Below are positions 1 to 11,330 of a stretch of 64,000 bases of DNA, one piece after another (within the stretch, counting starts at the first letter, position 1; the number at the start of each line of letters is the position of its first letter). The DNA comes from Zootoca vivipara (taxonomy: Eukaryota), in contig NC_083277.1 of NCBI RefSeq assembly GCF_963506605.1, forward strand, positions 56,110,001 through 56,174,000. The letters are read 5' to 3'. A program made the position numbers and the translations under genes. Below the pieces are notes generated by a model. That model searched no databases. It was not told the origin of the DNA and saw nothing but the letters and a program-made list of their open reading frames with translations.

Positions 1-112
1 GGGTTTCAGGGACTAAAAACATTGCGATTTTACCACATGGGGGCGCTTTTATACACACCTTAAGAAGAATGGTGTGTAATGAATATGTACATTAATTTTG
101 GACTATTAGGGA

Positions 113-297
113 TGGTAAAAGGTAAAAGTAAAGGACCCCTGGATGGTTTAGTCCAGTCAAAGGCAACTATGGGGTGCGGCACTCATCTCGCTTCAGGCCG
201 AGGGAGCTGATGTTTGTCCACAGACAGCTTTCCGGGTCATTTGGCAAGCATGACTAAACTGCTTCTGGCACAATGGGACATCATGACGAGTGCCACC
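113..297 (-). mobile_element. Sauria SINE, 3' part
   Basis: Reverse complement matches the 3' half and (ACCTTT)n-type tail of the copy at 54452. Confidence 0.8.
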
Positions 298-519
298 TAG
301 GTACAGTACTCATTGTGTTAAATGCTCTCCATGGAGCAAATGAGGCAGAATTGGGGCTCTCTTCTTAAAATGTGAGGTTAGCTTAACATCTGTTCCAGAA
401 AAAAAGGAAAGCATTGTTAAAGACAGAGTAACCAAGCATATACCAGAAGTAAGTCTTGCTGAAGCAGAACCAGTGTGGTTTCTGCAAGTGCAAGTTTTCT
501 CTCATTTGCCTATTAGAGT

Positions 520-1560
520 TTTTTTAGAGTATCAACAAGCACTTAGATAGAAGTGATCCATTTGACATTATGTATTTGGACTTTCAAAAAGCTTTTGACA
601 AAATCTCACTAAAGACTTTTGCGTAAGCTTAGAAGTCATGGAATAAAATGAGAGGTTCTTTTGTGGATGTGGTTAAGAAAAAGGAAGCAGAGAGTAGGAA
701 TAAATGTAAAGTTCTACCAATGGAAGGAAGTAGAAAGTAGAGTCCCCCAAGAAATGATTTTGGGATGTGCTAGTTTAACTTGTTCATGGATGATCTAGAG
801 CAGGGTTTCCCAAACTTGGGTCTCCAGCTGTTTTTGGACTACATTTCCCATCAACCCTGACCACTGGTCCTGCTCGCTAGGGATGATGGGAGTTGTAGTC
901 CAGCAACAGCTGGAGACACAAGTTTGGGAAACCGTGATCTAGAGTTGGGGTTGAATAGTGACGTAGTCAAGTTTGCTGATACCACATTTTTTCAGGGTGG
1001 TTAAAATCAAAAGGGATTGTGAGAAGCCCCAGAAAGATCCATCTAAACTGGGTGAATGGGCAGTAAAATGGCAGCGGTAGTGGTAGTCACTAGTGGACTA
1101 ACCAGTAATAAGACCTGGGCTCATAGCGGTTAACTCTGATGAAGATAGCATGGTAGCAGTCATTAGGAAAGGGATTGAAAATAAAACTGCCAATATCATA
1201 ATACCACTATCCAGATCTGCGATGTGATTACACTTAAAATACAGTGTATAGTTCTGGTTGCCTCACCTCAAAAGGATACTGTAGAGCTGGAAAAGGTTCA
1301 GAAAAGGGCAAGCAAAAGGACCAAGAGGCTGGAATGGTTACTGTGTGAGGAAAGGTTACAACATTTGGGGCTTTTTAGTTAGACAAAAGACAAGTAAGAG
1401 GTGACATGATAGAGGTGTTATAAAATTATGCATTGTTTGGAGAAAGTGAAGAGAGAGGGGATTTTGTCCCTCATAATACTTTCCCTCCAATTCGGGCCAT
1501 CCAGTGAAGCTAAATGTTGGAAGACTCAGGATAGACAAAACAAAGCACTTATTCACTTAT
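520..1560 (+). mobile_element. Decayed CR1 LINE, RT to 3' region, interrupted by a MITE
   Basis: Remnant motifs YLDFQKAFDK (~575-603), GVPQ-like, KFAD(D)T (~969) and LEKVQKRA (~1288), with many stops and frameshifts. Confidence 0.85.
801..936. mobile_element. Palindromic non-autonomous hAT MITE
   Basis: TIRs CAGGGTTTCCCAAACTT...AAGTTTGGGAAACCGTG; perfect 8-bp TSD ATCTAGAG (793-800 / 937-944). Confidence 0.9.
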
Positions 1561-2164
1561 TCACTTCTCACAGTGCCGAGTTACACACAATAGGTAGTGA
1601 TTGCTATCAAGTGCAAGGAGAGGATGCTGGACTAGATAGGTCTAGCCTGATCCAGCAGGGATGTCCTTATGTTTATGTTCTTAATATGTTTCCTTGCAGC
1701 TCAAAGCTGAGAAGGTTTAGCAACACCCTAGGCATTGAAATTGGGTGTCTTTAGGCAATGCACAGATGGTGGAATGCACTCATAGAAACACTTATGCTTT
1801 CATTTGCCTTTTTAGATTGAAAACAGAAACTTTGGGTTGCTTTTAATGATGAGGGAAATGGCTCCTGAAAGTGAAAAAATAACTAGTTATTAACACAAAC
1901 AGAAACTTTTGCTTCCAAACCCCTCTTTGCTGGGGCAGGGGGTTACATGCCCTTACTAAGGCTCATTCACATGGTGCCAAACTGGGTTCTAGCATGATCT
2001 CTGAACTTTGCCTCTGAGTAATTGGCCATCTCCTTAGCTATGAGATCATTCTCCCATTGAAGAAATGTGTAGAAGCGAGCATGTGGATAGTATTTCATGC
2101 TTTCTCAATGCATTATAAGATTGACAGAAAGTTATCCCATGAAGCTTTTTAAATGGATGTAGAG

Positions 2165-2740
2165 TAGGAATGCAAGAAGCTGCCTTATGCCGCTTCAGAA
2201 TATTCGACGTAGCTCAGTATTGTGTGCACCAGGGCTATGGAACTTCCAATTCAGAGGCCAAATGTGACCCCCCCAAGACCTCTCTAATGAGGCTTTGAGA
2301 CTCTACCCAGCACATACCCCTTCCACAAGTCACACATCATATCAGCCCTGCTCCACAGCTCCTCACGTGCTTTTGCTTGTTCCTGAACTGACGTAGTGCC
2401 TTTTAGATGCCTGGATGGAGAGATGTGTGCATGGGAGTGTGTAAAGAAACTTCTAACTGTTAGTAGCCTACTGTACAAAGGTAGGGCTCACGCCTGTTGC
2501 TCACCCCATTTTTGCCTTTAGCACCCCCCCACCAATGGCATATGGCCCCCATAAGGTTGTCCATGGCAGAATGTGGTCCTTGGGCTAAGAAAAGGAGGTC
2601 ATGACCCCTGGTCTACATGGACTGACATGCATCTCTCCATCCAGGCATGCAGGAGTCTTTCCCGGCCCTAACTGGAAATGCCAGGGGTTGAACTTGAGCC
2701 CTTTGGCATGCACCACATGTGTTCCACCTCTGAGCTGAGT
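2165..2740 (-). mobile_element. tRNA-derived squamate SINE (Squam3-like) with nested hAT-like MITE (~2230-2610)
   Basis: Flanks match the SINE copies at 19670 and 45865. The insert runs CAGGG...CCCCTG with a degenerate 8-bp TSD (GTGTGCAC / GTCTACAT). Confidence 0.6.
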
Positions 2741-5622
2741 GAAGCCCTTCACTTGTTGCTCTCTGTCTAAATTAGAGGGTTGGATAATACAGGAACACCA
2801 TGGGATGTCTATATCTCTACCACATCCTTTTACTCATCTTCTCTACGCTTAGTGGTGTGGTCAGTTTTTGTATTGACCATATTGCATTGTGGTGAAGGTC
2901 TTTGGGGTCAGTCACAATCTGGGCCTGGAAGAAAGGTGTATTTTTATATTGAAACATTTTTCTATAGTGCCTTCCAATGCAACCCAAGGCAGCTTTGAAC
3001 TATTCAAATCTCATCACAACCAGTGGATGTTCAAAAGCCAGAAGCTAGATCTACAACTGCTATGAATTAAAATGCACTAAATGTCTGACAGAATAGAATC
3101 CTAACAGTTCGTGTAAAAGACATCTAAGAAGGAGCCAGCCTAACTTCCTTAGGAATGAGTTCAACAATAGGGGTTCCATTACTTAAAAGACACAGTCATG
3201 TGCCTCCACCAATCATATCTCTTGCTGATGGAAAGTGAGCCTGATAAAATTGGCCATAATTCACAGGCAGATTTTAATGCAGGATGGTGTTGTGATTGGA
3301 GGAGAAGTCTGTCTGTAGTTAGGAGAAGGGGCAATCCCAGAGAGCAGACTGATTTTCTCTGATTTTCTTGTAAAGTGCTGGTAATTGGAAATTCATGACT
3401 GTACTCATTAAGAGTTTTCTGAAATTTAACTGATTCCCCTGGTCCACTGTAGAGCAGTGAGGAATACTGTAGAATAACATGGAAATTATTGAAGAATTTT
3501 ATGCACTTTATTGTAGTATCTGCACAGTTTATTTCCTTTGACTAGAAGTAATGATAGCTAGCTAGCTAGATATAGACAGACAGACAGAATAACTAATTCC
3601 CATTTTATTGCATGCATCACAATGACTTCCCCCCTCTTTCATTTCTTTCTTTGCTAAGGAGCACTTCAGTGGACAAAAACTGTAGTCTTTTTTATTTTTC
3701 AATTTGAGAATATCTATGAGAGCAGCCATGGGAGTAAGTAATATGAGCACCACTCCTCCTCTGCCTTTTTTCTTGTGGGATTAGCTTCTCAGCAGTCAAG
3801 CGTGCAATCCTATGTACACTTACCTGGGAGTGAGTAGTACTGAACTCAAGGGGGCTTACTTGAATAGACACATACTAGGTTGCACTTCAAGATTTCTGCC
3901 CTGAAGCTCAGTACTGTATGTCTATTGTGATTTGTTAGTCAGCAGCAGCAAAATGCATTCCTACATCCTTTCCTGCTGGATAAAAGATAAATTGTAAAAA
4001 ATGATTTGTTTTGTTTTGTAAATGTTTAGTCTATCCCATTTCATCCCAAGGTTTGGGTTATGTAGCAGTAATTTTATGATTTATGAACAGATTAGAACAA
4101 ATAAAAACTCCCAACCACACATTTCTTAGCCTCCAAAATCGGATAAATAGGATTTTAAAAAATGCTGCTGCTTTGGTCTCTTGTTCCTTATTTTTGTATC
4201 TTAACTACCTCAGTGCCTATCCATTTAGAAAATGGTTTTTAAGTCTGGATTTTTAAAGGAGCTAAATGGTGTTTGACATGTGCACTTATGAAAAGAAGCA
4301 AATGTTGCTTAATTCAGTTTTGATTTGTGTCAAGTGACTTACTAGCTTTTTCTTGGCAAAGAACTTGGGAGTGGGGCTGTGATACAGAACGCTGCTGTCT
4401 CTGACAGTTGCTTGGTGTGCTACTCTTCCCAGGCTCATTAACTCTGTCCACAGACAGCATAGTAGGAGCATCTCAACAGCATAGAACATCTCAAATTCTG
4501 TAAATCATTGCTTGACATCTCTTGCTGCTTTCCCCATATTCTGCTTTGTCCCTGGTGTGCAGAACCACAGCATAAAAATATGGCCAAACTAAAGATCCAC
4601 ATCTCTCTACATTATGAATATAAGGAACCCCCTGATTCAGGATTCTCAGTGGCTACGTATGCTTCGCAAGATGCAAGCAAGAAATGTTAATAGAATAAAC
4701 AATCTTGGTTATTTTTCTTAGCTTCTGGTTTAGAAACACCCCGACCCAGATGATCTTGGAAGATATTAATATCTTCCCTGGATTTTTCTAGCCTCACGTC
4801 AACAACATTTGTGGCTGTCCAGAATACAAGTTTGTGAGAACCTCTGGCAGTGCATAGTTTGCTCTGTAATGTTCATGTTGGTGTGTGCCAACATCTCTAG
4901 CCCAGTTTTCTGTTCAGTCTTCAAGCTGTACTTTGGGCTACAGTATAGCTAGCCTGTAATGAAATAATATTGTATAGTAACTGCTGGCCATGGGGAGAAG
5001 GGATTAAGGCCAAATGTAGTTTGATATTCTGGATCCTGGGAGAGTATCTTTGCAAGGTAAAACAGTGTCTGAATGTGTGCAAAGTAAGCAAGCCAAAGTC
5101 TTAGAAGGGAGAAAACCACTCTATTCTATCCTCTTTTGCTCCAAAGAGATGGCCCATTTGTGGGGGGATCCTTGTTTCTTTTGCACCAAGCCTTGCAGAA
5201 ATTAGTTTTAATGGAATTTCATATGTTTTCTTACTTCCTCAGTCTTGACGCCCCTCCCACATACACATACATGAAATTATTTGTTTGTGTATAATGTATC
5301 AAGTTCTTGCCCAAAGACTTAGAATTGTTTTTACAATAGTCTTTGTGTTGCATTTCTTTCTTTGCACCTTTCAGCCTCATCTACTGTGCCAAAATTAAAT
5401 TGTGTTGTAATTTGGTTTTAATATCAGAGACATCTGTAACATTTAGTGCGCCTGGGTTTAGACTGCTATTTGAGCTTCTTTTGTGTTAAAAGAACTAGAA
5501 CTTTGTATATGGAGCTTTACCTGGCCACAGACAAAGGAGAAGAAGCCTGCACCGTCTCACACCGTAGCAGGGCAAAGACTATTTCAGATGCAGACAACAA
5601 CATTTTAAAATAAAAAGGCATT

Positions 5623-5628
5623 TTTATT
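5623..5628 (-). terminator. Candidate AMIGO3 polyadenylation signal (AATAAA)
   Basis: TTTATT on + strand, followed on the minus strand by U/GU-rich sequence, ~1.5 kb downstream of the stop. Confidence 0.4.
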
Positions 5629-7097
5629 TAAATGTAAGCCAAGAGGAAATCTACCCCCAGGTTACAATTATTATCATTACATGGATTAAAGCACTACCAA
5701 AATAGCTAGATGCTTCGTTCTCCCAAGCACACCTGCCCTTCTCAAGGAGAAAAAAGGCAGAGAGATGGTTCATTTACGCGCAGAGCAGAGTGGAGCTGGC
5801 TTGTTGTAATTATACTAGGTGCATGAATAATCTAATACATTCCTGAATTTGATTATTTACAGCTGCTTTTGGGCCACGGGTGGGTGGGGAGAAACAAAGT
5901 TAATTTTTAATGGCTATATTAAGTTATATAAAAAGGTACACTAACAAGGGCACTGTTCTTGTCTATCTAATCCAGTTATCTGAATTGGTCAGCCATAGGT
6001 TAATTGTGCATTTAAAAAACAAAACACAACATCAGCACTGTGTCTAGAATAGCATCCCTTTTAGCCCTGTCTGGGATCAAACTCCCCTCTGCTGTGATGA
6101 CAGCAAAATAAATTATTTGCCCTTCTCAAGTCTAACTAAAGGATAATTTTCTGGCACTGATTTTTGCTGTGACAGTGATCCAAAAGCACAGGATGCCAGA
6201 GCTATTAGAATTTTATTGTAGATATGAAGAATTCAACCTGGGGAAAAGGTTCCTCATTAAAAGCAAACCCAGAACAAGGTGCTTTTAAGGGGCAGGCAGT
6301 GTGTCTAGTAATACCAAGCAGTTTTGTTAAGCTGATACAAGCAGAAGACTGATTCTTACAGTTTCTGACACTTACGTGGCTGACTGCACATATCCAAAAG
6401 GGCGAGGTGGTCATCTGGAGCAGGGCTTGTGACCTCTGTAAAGGGAGCATTGCTTCAGTTTTTAGCTATGCTAGGACTTGTTCCAAGAAGCCTAGCAGTA
6501 AGTTGAAAAGTGTGGGCTCGGGAACCTACATTCCAAATTAATATTAGAAGCAGTAGCTGACTAAAGCAATTAAAAAGTAAGAAATGGCCCCTCTTTGGTC
6601 CAGCAAGGGCACTCTTTCTTCTCCAGAAATAAAAACAGGCTTGCTTATATAGCAAATGTTTATTCTCTGAAAGTCAAAGCCATTACACAATCTTGTATTC
6701 CACAGCAGTTTTCTAAAGGGAAATGGTACTCTCTGCTACAAGTTACTGTCTCTACTACTGAGCAGGCTGTAGTCATCTGGGATGTGTAAAGAGCATTCAG
6801 TTCTTTTTTGTCAACAGATGGTTGCTTCTGTTGTGCATAATAAATGGATTCTGGGATGGTCCGAGTAGAATGGTTAGAAGAAAAGCCTCCATCATCTTCT
6901 AGGGGAGATGAAGGAAATTAAGAATAAACCACAGTAGTCCATCCAAGGGAGATGAAGAGAATTCCTCTGTGCCTTTCAGTGAGGAGATGCTTTGTAAATA
7001 TATATTGTCTTTCCCCTCCCTCCCACAATGGGTATGGGGTTTGACCCACTTCCTTCCCCACCCCCACCTTGGCTGCATCCTTCCTGTGGATTGCTTC

Positions 7098-8681
7098 CTA
7101 TCCATCTGCCGGTGTCTGTTCTCGTTCCTCATAGGACATGATGAGAGGATCTGAAAAGACTGAGCTGATTGATTCACTGTCCAGCTTGAGCTGTAAGAGT
7201 CTGGGGCTTTTAGCTTCTGGAAAGTCCTCGCTGACAGCCAACCTGACCTTGCCATTCTGGGCTTCCTTGATGGGCTCTAGGAAAACAACGTGCTTGTTTG
7301 CGCTGATCTTGCGATTTGGCCCATCTGTGGCTGGCGGGGTGGTACTAAGGATGGACGATTGGGCGCTGCAGTCTGGAGGGGGGCTTGCAGGCTTCTTGAA
7401 GCACTTGGAGCAGCGACATGGTGTGAGGTACAAGTACATGAGGACAAGTACCAGGGTAACAACACACCCTAAGAGGGTTGAAAGGCCGGTATTGAAAGAC
7501 TCTGGTGGTTTGGGGTATTGAAATGTGATGTTGACTTCAAATGTCTGGTTGATCTGTTGGAACTCGTTGATGGCTATGCACACATAAACACCGGAATGGG
7601 AAAGGGTACCCCTTCTGATCAATAGGCTTCCATTTCTGAAAGGTTGATGCGCCTGATTACTGTGCTCAGGGTACATGAATAATTCATGTCTAGGAGAGAT
7701 CCATCTGTAGTTTGTGGCATTGTCATTATGGAGGCTCGTGTTGCAGTCTATTACCAAGGATTCTCCCACTTGGCAGAGGATTTGGGGAATGTCAAATTGG
7801 TTCCAGGAGCAATCTCCAATATACTTGTTGTAATTGAAGGTGTTGACTAAGGAACGTGGCACGTTGGGGAAAGCTTTGCAGGTGTGCTCCTCTACAAAAT
7901 CCTCCGCAGAACTGAAACCACGGTGCTTCCATTCCTGGAGCATCAGATGAAGAGAACAGTCACATATCACAGGGTTGTTGTGAAGGTACAAGCCATTTTT
8001 TATGTACCCGGGCAAAGTTGCTATTACTTGAACAGGAATGCTGCTTAGGTTGTTAGCAGACAGATCCAGGGTCCTCAGGTACGGGTGTTCAAGTCTTTGA
8101 ATGGACTCAAATGGAAATTTTCTTAGCCTGTTCCAACTCAGGTAGACTTTTTGCAATCTGATTAACTTGACAAAAGCATTTTGATCGACTTGTACAATCT
8201 TGTTGTTGTATAGCAAGAGCTCCTCCAACTTCACAAGGCCATCAAAGTAGTACTTCTCCACAGTGCTCAGGTAGTTGGAAGACATGTCCAGGTGTAAAAT
8301 GTAAGTGGCATTGTGGAACACTTGCCGGGTGATACTGTGGATCTTGTTGTGGCTGATCCTGAGGGTCTGGAGACGTGGTAAGGCAGCCAGCCAGTGGTCA
8401 TTAAGCTGAGTAATGTTATTGTAGCTGAGGTCCAAGGTAGTGGCTGTGGGAAGCAGGGTGCTGGGGACCTGTTCAAGATCCTTCTTGGCACAACTCATGA
8501 GATCAGCAGTACAAATGCAAACTTCGGGACATCTTCTGAGAGTACAATTGTTTAAGGTGCTGACTTGAATGCACAGGACAAAGAAAACTAACAGCTTTCC
8601 AAGCAGTTTCCAAATAAATAAAGCCAAGGTCAGTACATTCATCATGTAACAGTGGAGCTCACCCTGGTTAGTCACGAGCAT
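7098..8681 (-). CDS. AMIGO3: Amphoterin-induced protein 3 (LRR + Ig single-pass membrane protein), single coding exon nested antisense in an RNF123 intron
   Basis: 527-aa ORF with signal peptide, LRRNT (CPEVCIC), LRRs, LRRCT (LHNNPVICDC), Ig domain, TM (FNTGLSTLLGCVVTLVLVLMYLYLTPC) and AMIGO tail (NKHVVFLEP...SESISSVFSD). Position inside RNF123 identifies the paralogue. The true start could be the ATG at 8645 or 8642. Confidence 0.95.
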   Translation of the reverse strand: MLVTNQGELHCYMMNVLTLALFIWKLLGKLLVFFVLCIQVSTLNNCTLRRCPEVCICTADLMSCAKKDLEQVPSTLLPTATTLDLSYNNITQLNDHWLAALPRLQTLRISHNKIHSITRQVFHNATYILHLDMSSNYLSTVEKYYFDGLVKLEELLLYNNKIVQVDQNAFVKLIRLQKVYLSWNRLRKFPFESIQRLEHPYLRTLDLSANNLSSIPVQVIATLPGYIKNGLYLHNNPVICDCSLHLMLQEWKHRGFSSAEDFVEEHTCKAFPNVPRSLVNTFNYNKYIGDCSWNQFDIPQILCQVGESLVIDCNTSLHNDNATNYRWISPRHELFMYPEHSNQAHQPFRNGSLLIRRGTLSHSGVYVCIAINEFQQINQTFEVNITFQYPKPPESFNTGLSTLLGCVVTLVLVLMYLYLTPCRCSKCFKKPASPPPDCSAQSSILSTTPPATDGPNRKISANKHVVFLEPIKEAQNGKVRLAVSEDFPEAKSPRLLQLKLDSESISSVFSDPLIMSYEEREQTPADG

Positions 8682-10987
8682 GGAACTAAGTTCTCAAAGT
8701 CAAATTCACACTGAGTATAATCCTGTCGCAAGACACTGATGTGTGAATGGGCAACAGTAGAATGAATCGGTAAAATCAGATGGTGCCTAGAGACTCTGAA
8801 TTATGCTCCTGAAAATATTGTGTTGTCTCACTCAGAATAAACAAGCATTTAAGCAATATGCTGTAATCAAAGGCCAGCATGTAACTGCTGCTCTGCATGC
8901 CTCTCTTGGTAGTTGTAGAAACCAGCAGGAGTCTGTGTGCAGGTATTGCCTAAAATAATTTTAAAAGCAAGGTATGTCTATATGGATCCTCTTGAGCTCT
9001 GATTCAAAAGTCTTGAACATGTTTACAGGATTTGCCTCTACAGTGTCCCTCTCCAAATAACCCAACCTTGCATCTATTTGAGGCTGCTCCTTCAGTAACA
9101 TTGGTCCAGGGAGAAGCTGGATCCATTTTTATTTTATTTTTTTGCTTTGCCGAGTCAAGTGTCCTTAGATCGCAAAGTTTCCATTAGTGGATCCTTATCT
9201 TGAGGCTAAGCAACTCCAGTACAGGTTCATCATAAAAGGGCCAATATGAGCCCATTTCTTCACCTCTGTAATCTCAAATAGAAATGCCAAAGAAAGCAGC
9301 TCTTACCCGGAGATCTTCCTTTCTGGGTTATATTGAGCAGCATCACTCTTTCCTGCCGGTTGTTTCATCTTTCAGCTGACAGCACTGTATGCAAACACTT
9401 TCACCTTCTTCTGCTCCTATTTACAAGCTGCCTGTGAACACTGAAGGGTAAGCTTTGTGGACCAAGAAGAAATCCTATTGGTTTGTGTAAGAGGGAGTGG
9501 TGATAAGAAGAGAGGGGAAGGGGAGGACCAGTAGTGAAGGTTTTTTTTCCTGAATGGCATGTAGTTTCTTTGTTGTGCCATGTGAGGGCAGAAAAATCCT
9601 CCACAGCTGTCCTTGGACTGGGCATCAGAGTGGCACATGAGAGCTGCAGCAATTTGTGCCAGCAGCACTATTACAAAGGGAGATAAAGAAGCAGGCTTAG
9701 TAAAAGGAGGGGGTGGGTCTCGCGAAGCAGCCCAAGCTCCTCTGCTGTTTACAGTTTCTCAATGCAAGTCTTTGCAATTTTGTAATCTTTGGATCTTGGT
9801 TGAAATTTTTTTAGGGGTAGGAATGGAAGAATAGATCACACTGTAGCACCAAAGGACCACAACCAAGATTGTGACCCTATTGTTCTGGATAGTTTGCCCC
9901 CCAAGAGTTAGTCATTTTTGCCTATCTAGAACTTCACACGTTATATTTATGATACCTGTGATCATAGTTTCTTTGTGACCTTCATGACAACTTCTGTCTT
10001 AACTAAAAATAGAGCTAAAAAAAAACTTATGTCAGCATCACAAACTCAGTGTATGGACACTGAAAGCTTGTATTTTAATACCCAAAGCACAGCATACTCT
10101 ATAAATACACATTCATACTAGAATATAGATTTTGGCTGAAACTTAGGAGAACCTTCTGAATTGTAATAGCCATTCAGCAATGGAACAGACTAACGAAGGT
10201 GGAGGTAACTAAGCAGAGACTGGTTAGTTACCGGTATCTGCCAGAGATGCATATATTGTATCGACCAGTGGAGTGCCCTTCCAACCAGCAACAGCTGCTG
10301 AGGCTGTGAAAGCAGCTTCCTAGCAGCAGCATTGCTGCTGCTTCCCAGAACAGGGCAGGGCAGTGGCAAGCTTGGGACTCTTGGTCCCAGTTAGCAGCAG
10401 TGCTGCCTCTGTTAGGAGGCTGTGTCCACCCTGCCAGCCAACTTCAGCTCCCAACTCCTTGATTCTATGAAAGCAAATTGAGTTTGAGGCTTCTGTTTTC
10501 ATTGCGACCGGTGTGTTTGAGTCTTTCAGCCTTTTGAAGTTAACAAGTGACTCCCCTGCCACAGTTCTGAAATTTTCCTCACTGTGGTCCTCCTCAGGAT
10601 ATGGTGTCCTCAGGGAAGGCTTATGGCTGGAGGCAGTGACATCCTTTCTGTTGCTATGCCAGATTATCACCTCGCTCTGTTCCTCCAACCTTCATCCTTT
10701 GTTGTTACCTTGGCTTTAATGAATTCGTACAAGCAGTGTACAACCTCATTATCCTTGCAGTATGCTTCTGTAGTGGTATACAACCACACTTTCTGTCACT
10801 GTCAAATTCCTGATAGCAGTAGAGTGTTCGGCTTTGAATTCGATCAGTGCTATCTTTACACTTTGGGGTGAAGTCATGCATTATAATTTGCCTGGCTATA
10901 CTAGATCAAACAGACCTGTTCCATGCCATCACATGTCCTTTTTTCAGTTTATCTCATTTTTCAGTTTTTCTGCATAAGGAAACTGAT

Positions 10988-11330
10988 CATAGAATCATAG
11001 ATTTGGAAGGGACCCCTGAGGAAGGGTGATCTTACCCCCTGCAATGCAGGACTATGCAACTGTACTGTAGGGGAATCAAACCTACAGCCTTGGTGTTATC
11101 AGCACTATGCTCTAACGTCTAACCAACTGAGCTATACAGCAAATCATTGTCCTTGAGCAGATGTGCAGAACCTTTGCCCCCCCCCCAGATGTTGCTGAAC
11201 TACAACTTGTACCATCCCTGGCCATGCTTGTTGAGGATGATGGGAGTTGTAGTTCAGCAATATCTGGGAGGCCAAAGATTCCTCACACCTAGGGTTGCCA
11301 TATTTCAAAAAGTGAAAAACCGGGCACAAC
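10988..11330. mobile_element. Cluster of repeat fragments: CR1-type 3' tail, palindromic MITE remnant (~11155-11290), hAT terminus (TAGGGTTGCCA at 11290)
   Basis: CATAGAATCATAGA tail, ACTACAAC...GGGAGTTGTAGT core, and a TIR shared with the 13631 element. Confidence 0.6.

Noticed and set aside
7138-7521. 127-aa plus-strand ORF as a possible RNF123 exon
   Set aside because: Antisense shadow of AMIGO3 with no similarity to RNF123.
10320-10688. 122-aa minus-strand ORF upstream of AMIGO3
   Set aside because: Non-ATG start and no recognisable domain.
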